Origin: a virus
DNA: 64,000 nt
Direction: 5' to 3' (one strand)
IMG/VR virus record: IMGVR_UViG_3300009034_002625
Location: 1-64,000 of that record
Part shown: positions 38,709 through 46,573 of the stretch, in pieces
Layout: each line of letters begins with the position of its first letter
Numbering within the stretch: position 1 is the first letter of the stretch
Notes under the pieces: model-generated
The model's database searches: none
Told to the model about the DNA's origin: nothing
What the model saw: only the letters and a program-made list of their open reading frames with translations
Made by a program: the position numbers and the translations under genes

Positions 38709-38968
38709 TTGGTCTCCTTTGAATTTTTCCTTTTAATCGCTTCAACACAAGCGCAGTCTTTCTTAAATAAATTACAACCCTTTTTATCAAATTCTCTTAA
38801 AATGTTTTTTTTCTGTTCAAAAGCAACTATCAGTGCATCTCTCATTAATCCTTGAACAAGCATGCAAGTCTTAACTCTGCATTGTCCATCAGCATCTTCT
38901 TTATAATTATAAGCACAATTAATAGGAAACAAAGCTTTGACAACTCCTCCAACACTAGCATCACTCAC
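38705..38968 (-). CDS. Cys-rich hypothetical protein
   Basis: GTG start with AGGAG SD. Confidence 0.5.
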   Translation of the reverse strand: MSDASVGGVVKALFPINCAYNYKEDADGQCRVKTCMLVQGLMRDALIVAFEQKKNILREFDKKGCNLFKKDCACVEAIKRKNSKETK

Positions 38969-38982
38969 TATAACTCCTTTCT

Positions 38983-39135
38983 TTATTTTCTCCTATACCA
39001 TTCTTCCCAACATCTTTGATCTGCTCTATCGCTGATTGCGTTGACTATTGTGAAGAACATATAGATGATAGCAAAGATGATAAAAGTAGCTAGATACAAA
39101 GCAGAAATTAGAAAGATTATTTCGTAGAAATTCAT
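38983..39135 (-). CDS. 50-aa membrane protein (MNFYEIIFLISALYL...), below the ORF-track cutoff
   Basis: Translated by hand; AAGGA SD; single TM segment. Confidence 0.5.
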   Translation of the reverse strand: MNFYEIIFLISALYLATFIIFAIIYMFFTIVNAISDRADQRCWEEWYRRK

Positions 39136-39141
39136 ATTTCC

Positions 39142-39405
39142 TTATCCTGAAATCGATTTGAATACCTCATCTGTATCTATATAAAAACTTCCATTTTTTT
39201 GAGAGCCCTTATCGCTTTTCGCCACTTCTTCAGATAGACTTAACACTTTCACAAAATCCGAACCATCTCCATCAAAGTAAATAATAAGATTACGAGACAT
39301 CCCACAACATAAACCCTCAGCGTGTCTTAGCATTAGAACTAAAGCTCTATAAAAAGCCTCGTTGCAATGAATCTTAATTTCAAAATCTTTTCTTTCATTA
39401 CTCAT
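39142..39405 (-). CDS. Hypothetical protein
   Basis: GGAGG SD. Confidence 0.55.
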   Translation of the reverse strand: MSNERKDFEIKIHCNEAFYRALVLMLRHAEGLCCGMSRNLIIYFDGDGSDFVKVLSLSEEVAKSDKGSQKNGSFYIDTDEVFKSISG

Positions 39406-39592
39406 TTTTTTCCTCCTTTTTTTCTTTTTTCATAGCTTCAACTATTTTATCTAAATTGTCCTTAATTCCTTTAATAGTTTTTTCAGCACTTTCTACTGGC
39501 AAAGGCTGTAAAACCTGAACGCAAAGACGTTTTACACCCAAACATACACTATCAAGTTTTACTTCTGATGGTTTTGCGCTACGACTATCCAT
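39398..39592 (-). CDS. Hypothetical protein
   Basis: Coupled small ORF. Confidence 0.5.
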   Translation of the reverse strand: MDSRSAKPSEVKLDSVCLGVKRLCVQVLQPLPVESAEKTIKGIKDNLDKIVEAMKKEKKEEKNE

Positions 39593-39605
39593 TGTTTTTT
39601 CCCTT

Positions 39606-39821
39606 TCAATAATTAGATTTACAAGCTTTCTGATAAAGTTCTACCAGCTTATGCATTTGCTTATCAGTTAAAGACAGAAGTGCATCAACTTTTTTAGATA
39701 TGTCTTCAAGAAAATTTATTTCCCAGTCAGTATATAAAACATCATTGGCATCGATTGCGTTGTCAGCGGCTTCAATACATTCCTTAACTTTTTCAAAATA
39801 TGTTAATTCTTTTTCTACCAT
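39606..39821 (-). CDS. Hypothetical protein
   Basis: TDWEINFLEDI...LTDKQ..KL pattern seen in small phage proteins. Confidence 0.55.
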   Translation of the reverse strand: MVEKELTYFEKVKECIEAADNAIDANDVLYTDWEINFLEDISKKVDALLSLTDKQMHKLVELYQKACKSNY

Positions 39822-39829
39822 AATTTCCC

Positions 39830-39858
39830 CTTATACCATATTTTGGGTCGTTTGTCAA
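39830..39858 (-). promoter_or_regulatory. sigma70-type promoter TTGACA-N17-TATAAG with extended -10 TG
   Basis: -35 at 39853..39858, -10 at 39830..39835. Confidence 0.6.
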
Positions 39859-39943
39859 GGATTATCCGCGATATTATATAAATTATTTTTGATGACTTTT
39901 GGCCTTATTAAGGCAAATGGATAAAAACCTCTATAGTTATAAT

Positions 39944-40498
39944 TTAAATATTTCCAATATATCTAACTGCTTCTTTTATAAATTGTTTTCTATTTTTTGT
40001 AGGCAAAAAAGAATTACATCCGTTACACAAAAAACCAAAATTACAAGAATCCCATATTTTTTCTTTTTCCTTAGTCCTTTTATTTTCACTTAACCAATTG
40101 GTTGGAGATTTTTGTATAAGTTCATTTCCGCCATTCCTATGATCAAAATGGATTGCACTCCCTCTATTCTTTTTGCCAAAAAATATTTTCTTGCCACAAA
40201 TTTGACATTCTGCTTCTTGTGGTATAAATCCAATCCACGACATTAAATTTAATCTATTTCTTTTGATGCGATACTTATTGTATTTTTTGTTAATTATTTT
40301 TCTGTTTTTTTGACAATAAGCCTTTTTGCCCTCTTTTACTTTCTCTGTATTTTTTTCTATATATTTCTTGCCGTATAATTTTATTTTTTCTTTATTTCTT
40401 TGATAATACTCTTTAGCTTTCTCTCTAATCTTTCCTTGATTTCTTCAATACCTTCTTTTATAATATGCTTTTCTGTCTTCAGTATTTTTATATGACAT
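39944..40498 (-). pseudogene. HNH/EndoVII-like endonuclease gene with an in-frame TGA at codon 18
   Basis: AAGGAG SD plus ATG at 40498; MSYKNTEDRKAYYKRRY*RNQGK... stays in frame with CQICG...HFDH...FLCNGCN. Confidence 0.65.
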
Positions 40499-40527
40499 TT
40501 CTACTCCTTATTTTTATAACCTATTTA

Positions 40528-40555
40528 ATTATAATGGGTTAAAAGGATTTGTCAA
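40528..40555 (-). promoter_or_regulatory. Consensus sigma70 promoter TTGACA-N16-TATAAT driving the leftward arm
   Basis: Exact -35 (40550..40555) and -10 (40528..40533) hexamers. Confidence 0.75.
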
Positions 40556-41061
40556 GAAAAAAATTTGGCAAGATGTAGGATTTAGTAAAGTGCTTAGTAG
40601 TAAGATATGAAGCCCCCCTCTTTTATTTCCGCCTCTCTGCTTCCAGCAAAGTCGGGGCTTGCAGAGCAGTAATCTCCAAAACCCTTGAGATGTAGGCTGT
40701 GTGCGGAAAGCAAGGGTGCAGGAAACATAAGGGTCTTGAGGCGGTAATGGCTGGCATTACCAGTAAAATGAGGGTAATGCAAGGTGTGGCTGAAGATGTA
40801 GGGCTGGTGCGGGACACAGGTTTTTTTCACTTTCTTTCATCAAACAGTCTTGAAAGTTTGGGATTTTGCAGTATGTTTTAAGCGGTGGCAAGGGGCGGTT
40901 CAGGTGATTAATTAGTTATACAAAGGGGGCATATATGCAAAGGATTATCAAGTATGTAATTAATCTTTTAGCTAAAATAGTTTTAAGGGATTTAATTTAA
41001 GGTTGCCAATAATGGCAAAGGATCTATTTCATAGCCAAACCCGTAAATAAAGGGGCAAAAA

Positions 41062-41400
41062 ATGGCAAAGGCAAAAGAGAACAAAGGGGCGGGCAATCCC
41101 GCTGTGGTTAGTATCGAGGACTTGGGGCTATCCGCCGAGATAACCAAGAAGCAAGGGGACTTTCCCTTTGACTTGGTTAAGCAAATAGCGGTGTTTGAGT
41201 CTACAAAGGACAGGGCTCGCACCTGTTATGCGGTTATGAAGCATAAAAGCTCTGGTCAAAGGCGCTATATGATACAGAGTCAATTCAAGGCGAAAGATGG
41301 CATATGGAAAACAAGGGCCTTGAAGAAAGTATTATCACCAATTGATGTAAGCATTATAGCAAAGTATAGCAAGGAAGCTCTTGAAAGTTTAACCTCTTAA
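41062..41400 (+). CDS. First rightward gene; possible PC4-like ssDNA-binding/regulatory protein
   Basis: AAGGGG SD and its own terminator; weak resemblance (YMIQSQF.AKDGIWK). Confidence 0.55.
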   Translation: MAKAKENKGAGNPAVVSIEDLGLSAEITKKQGDFPFDLVKQIAVFESTKDRARTCYAVMKHKSSGQRRYMIQSQFKAKDGIWKTRALKKVLSPIDVSIIAKYSKEALESLTS

Positions 41401-41419
41401 ATCAAGCGGTCAAAAAATA

Positions 41420-41454
41420 CCCCGTCAATCTTAAAAAATTGGCGGGGCTTTTTG
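41420..41454 (+). terminator. Intrinsic terminator
   Basis: CCCCGTCAAT-loop-ATTGGCGGGG followed by CTTTTT. Confidence 0.75.
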
Positions 41455-41704
41455 TTGAGTGAAATTAAAATTTTTTTTCTCTGGTGGATTTTCTTGGCAA
41501 AATTTTTCTCTCTAATAAATTTCAAAATCAATTTTTTTTTCTTTGCACTTGACTTTTTATGCAATTTTCAAATGTAAAATTCACTTTACATTTTGGAAAA
41601 TTGGCGAAAAAAAATCAGTTTGGAAATCAGGAAAAAAAATATATTTTTACAAAGACCGCCTGCTCTGTTTTCCTGATTGAATTTAAATTAGAGGAGAAAT
41701 CAAA

Positions 41705-41788
41705 ATGGCTTGGGTAATACTTTATGCAATAAGCTGGATATACTTTATAAGGCTCTGGAAATGGTTGATAGAACATTTAGAGTATTAG
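41705..41788 (+). CDS. 27-aa hydrophobic peptide MAWVILYAISWIYFIRLWKWLIEHLEY
   Basis: GAGGAG SD; translated by hand. Confidence 0.4.
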   Translation: MAWVILYAISWIYFIRLWKWLIEHLEY

Positions 41789-41948
41789 GCGAGATGGAGA
41801 AAGATTGGAAGGTGTATCTTCCCCCCACCATCTCGGGATTTAAAGACTATTTAAACTTGGTTTTTAATTAGGAAAAGCATCTTCCTCCCACTATCTGGAA
41901 TGTAAATGAGATAATTTTAAAGTATTTATCTTAAGAAAGGGGCTAATC

Positions 41949-42161
41949 ATGTCAAAGATAAAATGGCTTGACGGCATAAAGAGCTTAGGAGTCTTGCAAG
42001 GATTTGCTATCAATGAGCTTTACAAAAGATATAGATATAATCGGGTCGGGCTTCTGGTAGAAAATGATGATTTGATTTATGTGATAGATTGCAGAAAGAG
42101 AAGAGCCTATTACAAAGAGATAGGGACTGGCTTGGAATTGTTAAGGACTGAAAATATATAA
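41949..42161 (+). CDS. Early hypothetical protein
   Basis: AAGGGG SD. Confidence 0.55.
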   Translation: MSKIKWLDGIKSLGVLQGFAINELYKRYRYNRVGLLVENDDLIYVIDCRKRRAYYKEIGTGLELLRTENI

Positions 42162-42175
42162 GAAAGGATTGGCAA

Positions 42176-42367
42176 ATGGATTTTGTTAAAAAATGCGAAA
42201 AGGCTAAAGCAATTTATCGAAAAATGGACAGGCTGTTTGAAACTGAAATGAAAAAGTTGGAAATTGCTCCAAGAGAAAAGAACTCAATAAAGATTTGCGT
42301 GGCAGAATATCTGAAAGATACCTTTCCGAGCTTGGAGAACGAGGTAGAAGAGTTTCCTAAAAAATAA
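42176..42367 (+). CDS. Early hypothetical protein
   Basis: AAGGA SD. Confidence 0.55.
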   Translation: MDFVKKCEKAKAIYRKMDRLFETEMKKLEIAPREKNSIKICVAEYLKDTFPSLENEVEEFPKK

Positions 42368-42382
42368 AGAAAGGGACTTAAG

Positions 42383-42586
42383 ATGATAACCTTGATAGAG
42401 TTGAAAGAATTTATGGAAGAAGAACTGGAAAGAGGGGTTGACCTTTCAGAAGCAAAGGCATTTATGAATTTTCTGGAGATTGACAGATATGACTGGCTTA
42501 AGGGTAATTTAAAAGAAAAAGAAAGGAGACTGATATGGAAGAAATTCTTGAAGACAGAATGGAAGGGATTGTCAAAGAGCTTATAA
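42383..42586 (+). CDS. Early hypothetical protein
   Basis: AAGGGA SD. Confidence 0.5.
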   Translation: MITLIELKEFMEEELERGVDLSEAKAFMNFLEIDRYDWLKGNLKEKERRLIWKKFLKTEWKGLSKSL

Positions 42587-42820
42587 GGCTGGGATATTCT
42601 CAAGACCAGATTGAACTAAAGGTTAAGGGCTGGATTGAAGATGTTTTTGTTTTGGAAAATCTGAAAACATAAAGGGGCAAATATGGCAATAATCAGGACA
42701 AAGGATTTAAAGGACTCAAGAAGGATAGCAAAGTTTTTCAGAGAACTTGGCTTACTGCCAATAGTAAGAAAGAGATTTGGGCTTTATCAGGTTGTAGTTC
42801 TGTTTTAGAAAGGGGGCAGA

Positions 42821-43279
42821 ATGATTAGCTATAAGAAAGGGGACATATTCCTTTCAGAGTGTCAAGTGATTACCAACCCCGTGAATTGTGTCGGTGTAAT
42901 GGGTAAAGGATTGGCACTTCAATTTAAGGAAAGATTTCCCCTGATGTTCGTTTATTACCAAGCAATGTGTAAAACCAGAGTCTTAATGACTGGCAAACCA
43001 ATATTATACCAAGACAGCGAACCAGAGGTTTTACTATTCCCCACCAAAGACCATTGGAGAAATCAATCCCAGATGGAATATATCTCTGAAGGACTGGAAC
43101 ACATAGCACAACAGATTAGATATAACATCTGGAAGATTAAATCCATTGCCTTTCCAAAGCTTGGTTGTGGATTAGGTAGGCTATCTTGGAAGGAAGTCCT
43201 GACAGAGATTGAGGACAAGTTAGGACACCTGAAGGATTTATCTGTGGAAGTCTATGGTGAAAGGATAACCAATGATTAA
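42821..43279 (+). CDS. Macrodomain ADP-ribosylhydrolase (DarG/Poa1p-like)
   Basis: GDIF...NPVNCVGVMGKGLALQFK..FP, FPTKDHWR, SIAFPKLGCGLGRL. Confidence 0.9.
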   Translation: MISYKKGDIFLSECQVITNPVNCVGVMGKGLALQFKERFPLMFVYYQAMCKTRVLMTGKPILYQDSEPEVLLFPTKDHWRNQSQMEYISEGLEHIAQQIRYNIWKIKSIAFPKLGCGLGRLSWKEVLTEIEDKLGHLKDLSVEVYGERITND

Positions 43280-43530
43280 CATATTAGAGCCAAGACTATG
43301 CGGTCTATATGATGAGTTTGAAGAGAAGGTTAAAAACAGATTTATCTTGAAAGGAATTTGTAAGGGCAAATCAGGAACAAGGTGTGCTGGTATCCCTGCA
43401 TTATGCAAAGACCAAGACAGAAAGAAAGCTTGGTTGGAAAGGAGATAATATCTATGTTTGCTTGTGTCTTTCTGGTATGGATTTTGGTTATTACGATTGC
43501 CGTTCAATCTGCAAATAGAAAGGAAAGCAA

Positions 43531-43809
43531 ATGCCTGAGAAAAGAAAAGTCAACAAAAGACTCCAGAAAATCTTTGAACAAGGTGGAGTGATTTGTGATA
43601 TTTGTTTCAGGGCTATCCTGATTGCTATGAGCTTTGATGGTGGGCATATCTGCCCAGAATGTTTGGTTGAGAACTGCTATTCAATTCTAACAGAACCCGA
43701 AGAAGATAAACCCCAAAAAATCTCAAGAAGAGATTTGGAAAGGATTAAAAATGATACCCATAGAATACAAGGGACAAACCTACAAAGGCAATCTTACCAA
43801 CCTTGTTAA
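43531..43809 (+). CDS. Zn-finger hypothetical protein
   Basis: CDIC...CPEC. Confidence 0.5.
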   Translation: MPEKRKVNKRLQKIFEQGGVICDICFRAILIAMSFDGGHICPECLVENCYSILTEPEEDKPQKISRRDLERIKNDTHRIQGTNLQRQSYQPC

Positions 43810-43978
43810 ATTCAATGTCATCACTCCCAAGATAGCAACAGAGACAACAGTAAATAATAATCAGCCTTTAGGAACGGGGAAAGCCAAGAACGGAAGAAAT
43901 CATAGTTATTCTGATAAAGTTTATATGGCAACCCAAAAGATAAGAAGAGAACACAGAAAAAGAATTTGGGGGGATTGA
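43751..43978 (+). CDS. Hypothetical protein
   Basis: AAGGA SD. Confidence 0.45.
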   Translation: MIPIEYKGQTYKGNLTNLVKFNVITPKIATETTVNNNQPLGTGKAKNGRNHSYSDKVYMATQKIRREHRKRIWGD

Positions 43979-44147
43979 TTTGTTATTTTTATAATGTATT
44001 TCGTGTCCTATTGAGACATGTTTTACATTTATAAACTAATTATGCCTCTATTTTTTTCTTCTTTTTTTTATCTGGAAAAATTTTAATTTTAACTAAGACG
44101 GGGATCCCCAGTTTCTCTATTGAATTTGAAAGGAGAAATCTTTAACA

Positions 44148-44558
44148 ATGAAATATATAAATGGAATTAGAGAAATAAAGCCGTTGAGAATTGGTTCACT
44201 CTCGTCATCAGATCTTATTGGGGCTTTACTTGTAGATTTGGGTTGTTCAGTAAGTGGAATTCCCCGAACTTATATTTCAAAATCTTATCATACAAGGTGG
44301 GAAATATTTGACCCCGAAAAAGTAAAAGACCCCAAAGATCTAACAACACCTTGGAGTATGGTTTGGAGAGTCCACCATGAATCAGACAGAATAGATTGTG
44401 TTCGCCTTGCATATAGATATGTTCATACACCAATTGATATCATACCCCAATATCCCCACGTTCCCTGTAAAGGTATTTTTTGTATTTGCCACAAAGAAGT
44501 AAAACTAAAGGACTTAACAGTTAGTGATTTAATTCATATTGGCAATGATTTTGAATAA
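44148..44558 (+). CDS. Hypothetical protein
   Basis: 136-aa ORF, AGGAG SD. Confidence 0.55.
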   Translation: MKYINGIREIKPLRIGSLSSSDLIGALLVDLGCSVSGIPRTYISKSYHTRWEIFDPEKVKDPKDLTTPWSMVWRVHHESDRIDCVRLAYRYVHTPIDIIPQYPHVPCKGIFCICHKEVKLKDLTVSDLIHIGNDFE

Positions 44559-44570
44559 AAGGAGACCAAA

Positions 44571-44801
44571 ATGTTGGATGAAACAAAAAAATCTATCTTG
44601 AAAGCGTTGGATAAGATTGATAATGAAAATATGTTAATTTCAAGTATCGTTAGAGTTAAAGAGCAAACTGATAAAATCAGAAATTTGCTTGAAGCCTTTC
44701 TTTGCGAGAAGTGCGGAGACTTAGAATATAATTGTAGGGTAGAAGAACCAGAAGATAGGATTTGTTTAGAATGCCAAATAAATATGGTAGGAGGAGAATA
44801 A
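44571..44801 (+). CDS. Zn-finger hypothetical protein
   Basis: CEKC...CLEC; AGGAG SD. Confidence 0.55.
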   Translation: MLDETKKSILKALDKIDNENMLISSIVRVKEQTDKIRNLLEAFLCEKCGDLEYNCRVEEPEDRICLECQINMVGGE

Positions 44802-44802
44802 T

Positions 44803-44973
44803 ATGCCAAAGGGATTGGTTAAAGAACTTCCTCAAATTAGATACGACAGAAGATTGTGGTTTGTTGATGAAAAAGCTAAAGAGATTAGGCGGGTAGATAA
44901 TCCACATGAGTTTTTGGATTTTAAACAGGTTGATGAAGATAAAATAGGGAGGAGGGATGAAGATGAAGTATGA
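44803..44973 (+). CDS. 56-aa hypothetical protein (MPKGLVKELP...EIRRVDNPHEFLDF)
   Basis: GGAGG SD; translated by hand. Confidence 0.5.
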   Translation: MPKGLVKELPQIRYDRRLWFVDEKAKEIRRVDNPHEFLDFKQVDEDKIGRRDEDEV

Positions 44974-45172
44974 GCAAATGGTTAGTATTTATGGAACGAT
45001 AATTGTAGAAGCTAAAGGTAAAGAAGAGGGCACAAAACTTATAAGAGCAGAATTGGAACGGCTAAAATTTTGTGGGCTTAAAATTTATAGCGACATCTGT
45101 GAATCTGAGTGTCATATTTTAGTTGGAGATTATGAAAGAGAAAGTGATGTCAAATTGCAGGAGGAGAAATAA
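44957..45172 (+). CDS. Hypothetical protein
   Basis: GGAGG SD. Confidence 0.5.
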   Translation: MKMKYEQMVSIYGTIIVEAKGKEEGTKLIRAELERLKFCGLKIYSDICESECHILVGDYERESDVKLQEEK

Positions 45173-45174
45173 AG

Positions 45175-45426
45175 ATGTCTATAACAATTTGGAAAATGAA
45201 TTATGAAAGTATTGGCGACCTCATGGGTGAAGATTGCCATGAACTTTTAGAGGATTGTTGCAGAGACAGAGAACCAACCCAGCAACTTTATATCAATAAA
45301 GAAAGCCTGAAAGAGATGATGGGAAAAGCCAAGACTCTTGCACAGAAAGACTTGGTAGATATTTTCGTAGATTGGTTTGAAAAACACCCAGAAGATGCTG
45401 ATGGAATAGATATTGATTTGTCATGA
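45175..45426 (+). CDS. Hypothetical protein
   Basis: GGAGG SD. Confidence 0.55.
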   Translation: MSITIWKMNYESIGDLMGEDCHELLEDCCRDREPTQQLYINKESLKEMMGKAKTLAQKDLVDIFVDWFEKHPEDADGIDIDLS

Positions 45427-45443
45427 AATCAGGAGGAATAAAA

Positions 45444-45677
45444 ATGAGTTGGAGAAATCATAGCACACATAGAGAAGAAACCAAAGCAGTCAAGAAAGCT
45501 TTGGAAAAAGCAGGAATTAAATTTAAGAAGGTGGGACACGGAACAGGAACAGCTTGGGAATAGCTTGAAATTAAATTACCAGAATGGAACGAAGAAGCCC
45601 GACAGGAAGCAATAGCGATAGCACAAGCAGTTACGGGCAGGCGTGGCGATTATGATGGTAGGATTTCGATTCATTAA
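45444..45677 (+). pseudogene. 77-codon gene with an in-frame TAG at codon 40
   Basis: AGGAGG SD; MSWRNH...VGHGTGTAWE*LEIKLPEW...GRRGDYDGRISIH. Confidence 0.6.
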
Positions 45678-45691
45678 AGAAGGGAATTGAT

Positions 45692-45892
45692 ATGTCTCCT
45701 GAAAGAAGATGTAAATTTTATAGGCTAACAATTGCAGGATATCTTTGCTTTGCTAATAGAAAAGAACCTTTCCCACACGATTGCAAAGGCATAGAAGATG
45801 AGAATTGTCCATTTGTATGTCCACCAAATAAGAGAACACCTGCTTGCATTCCAGTTGATAACCACGATTTAACACTTGTTTATAAAAATTAA
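45692..45892 (+). CDS. Cys-rich hypothetical protein
   Basis: AAGGG SD. Confidence 0.45.
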   Translation: MSPERRCKFYRLTIAGYLCFANRKEPFPHDCKGIEDENCPFVCPPNKRTPACIPVDNHDLTLVYKN

Positions 45893-46064
45893 TAGAAAGG
45901 AGGAAAAAATGTCCTTAGAAAAAGCCAAAGGTGAAATCGGAGAAATCGTTTGTGAGATGTGCCAGTTTGAAAGCACGGGTTGCGACCCATTGAAATGCGA
46001 AACCCTGAATGAAGTTGATAGGGTTTTGGAAGAATTTGAAAAGTCTTGTAAGAAGGAAGATTGA
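45876..46064 (+). CDS. Cys-rich hypothetical protein (probable start MSLEK)
   Basis: GGAGG SD before the ATG at about 45909. Confidence 0.5.
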   Translation: MFIKINRKEEKMSLEKAKGEIGEIVCEMCQFESTGCDPLKCETLNEVDRVLEEFEKSCKKED

Positions 46065-46255
46065 AGAATAAAGCGAGGTCTCCAAACCAAAACTCTAAGG
46101 CTCGATAAAGCCAATCTTTTTCTTTTAACCTGGATAGACCTCGCTACATAAATTTGTCAGGACTGAAGGAAGCCCCTTATAATTCTACGGAATTATTTCC
46201 TTCAGTTCTGGCTTTAAAGGAAATATAATATGAAAAAAAAAGAAAGGAGAAAGAA

Positions 46256-46573
46256 GTGGAAGATGATTTAGGGTTTGTTTCAGTTAGATTAACAGTAGAT
46301 GGCATAAAACATGAAATAATAAGAGCATTGACGCTTTATGAGAAAAATCTCCAAAAAGATATCGAGGGTGCGGTAAAAAAAGCTATTGATAATTTTGATT
46401 TTGAAAAGGAGTTGGCTTGTCAAGTGGATATTGCAATCAAAGAAGCAATTGCAAGAGCAGTCCAAAATGCTTTGATATGGGGAGATGGATATAAGAAAAT
46501 AGAAAAGATAGTCAGAGAAGCAATAGACAAAAAGGCAAAATTTACAGATGGAAAGGAAGGTAAGGTTAATTAA
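46256..46573 (+). CDS. Hypothetical helical protein
   Basis: GTG start, AGGAG SD, coupled to helicase. Confidence 0.55.
   Translation: MEDDLGFVSVRLTVDGIKHEIIRALTLYEKNLQKDIEGAVKKAIDNFDFEKELACQVDIAIKEAIARAVQNALIWGDGYKKIEKIVREAIDKKAKFTDGKEGKVN

Noticed and set aside
307-40093. Many short plus-strand ORFs opposite the structural/accessory arm, and minus-strand ORFs opposite the early arm
   Set aside because: They are antisense shadows of real genes, with Phe/Ser/Ile-rich composition and no SD or motifs.
40594-40881. Three overlapping 60-78 aa ORFs in the strand-switch region
   Set aside because: No SD, atypical composition and mutual overlap; treated as non-coding.
40445-45563. Genome-wide stop-codon reassignment suggested by two in-frame stops
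   Set aside because: One is TGA and the other TAG, and both codons end clear genes elsewhere (TAG for the capsid and the 408-aa tail gene, TGA for the 819-aa gene). No suppressor tRNA was seen.
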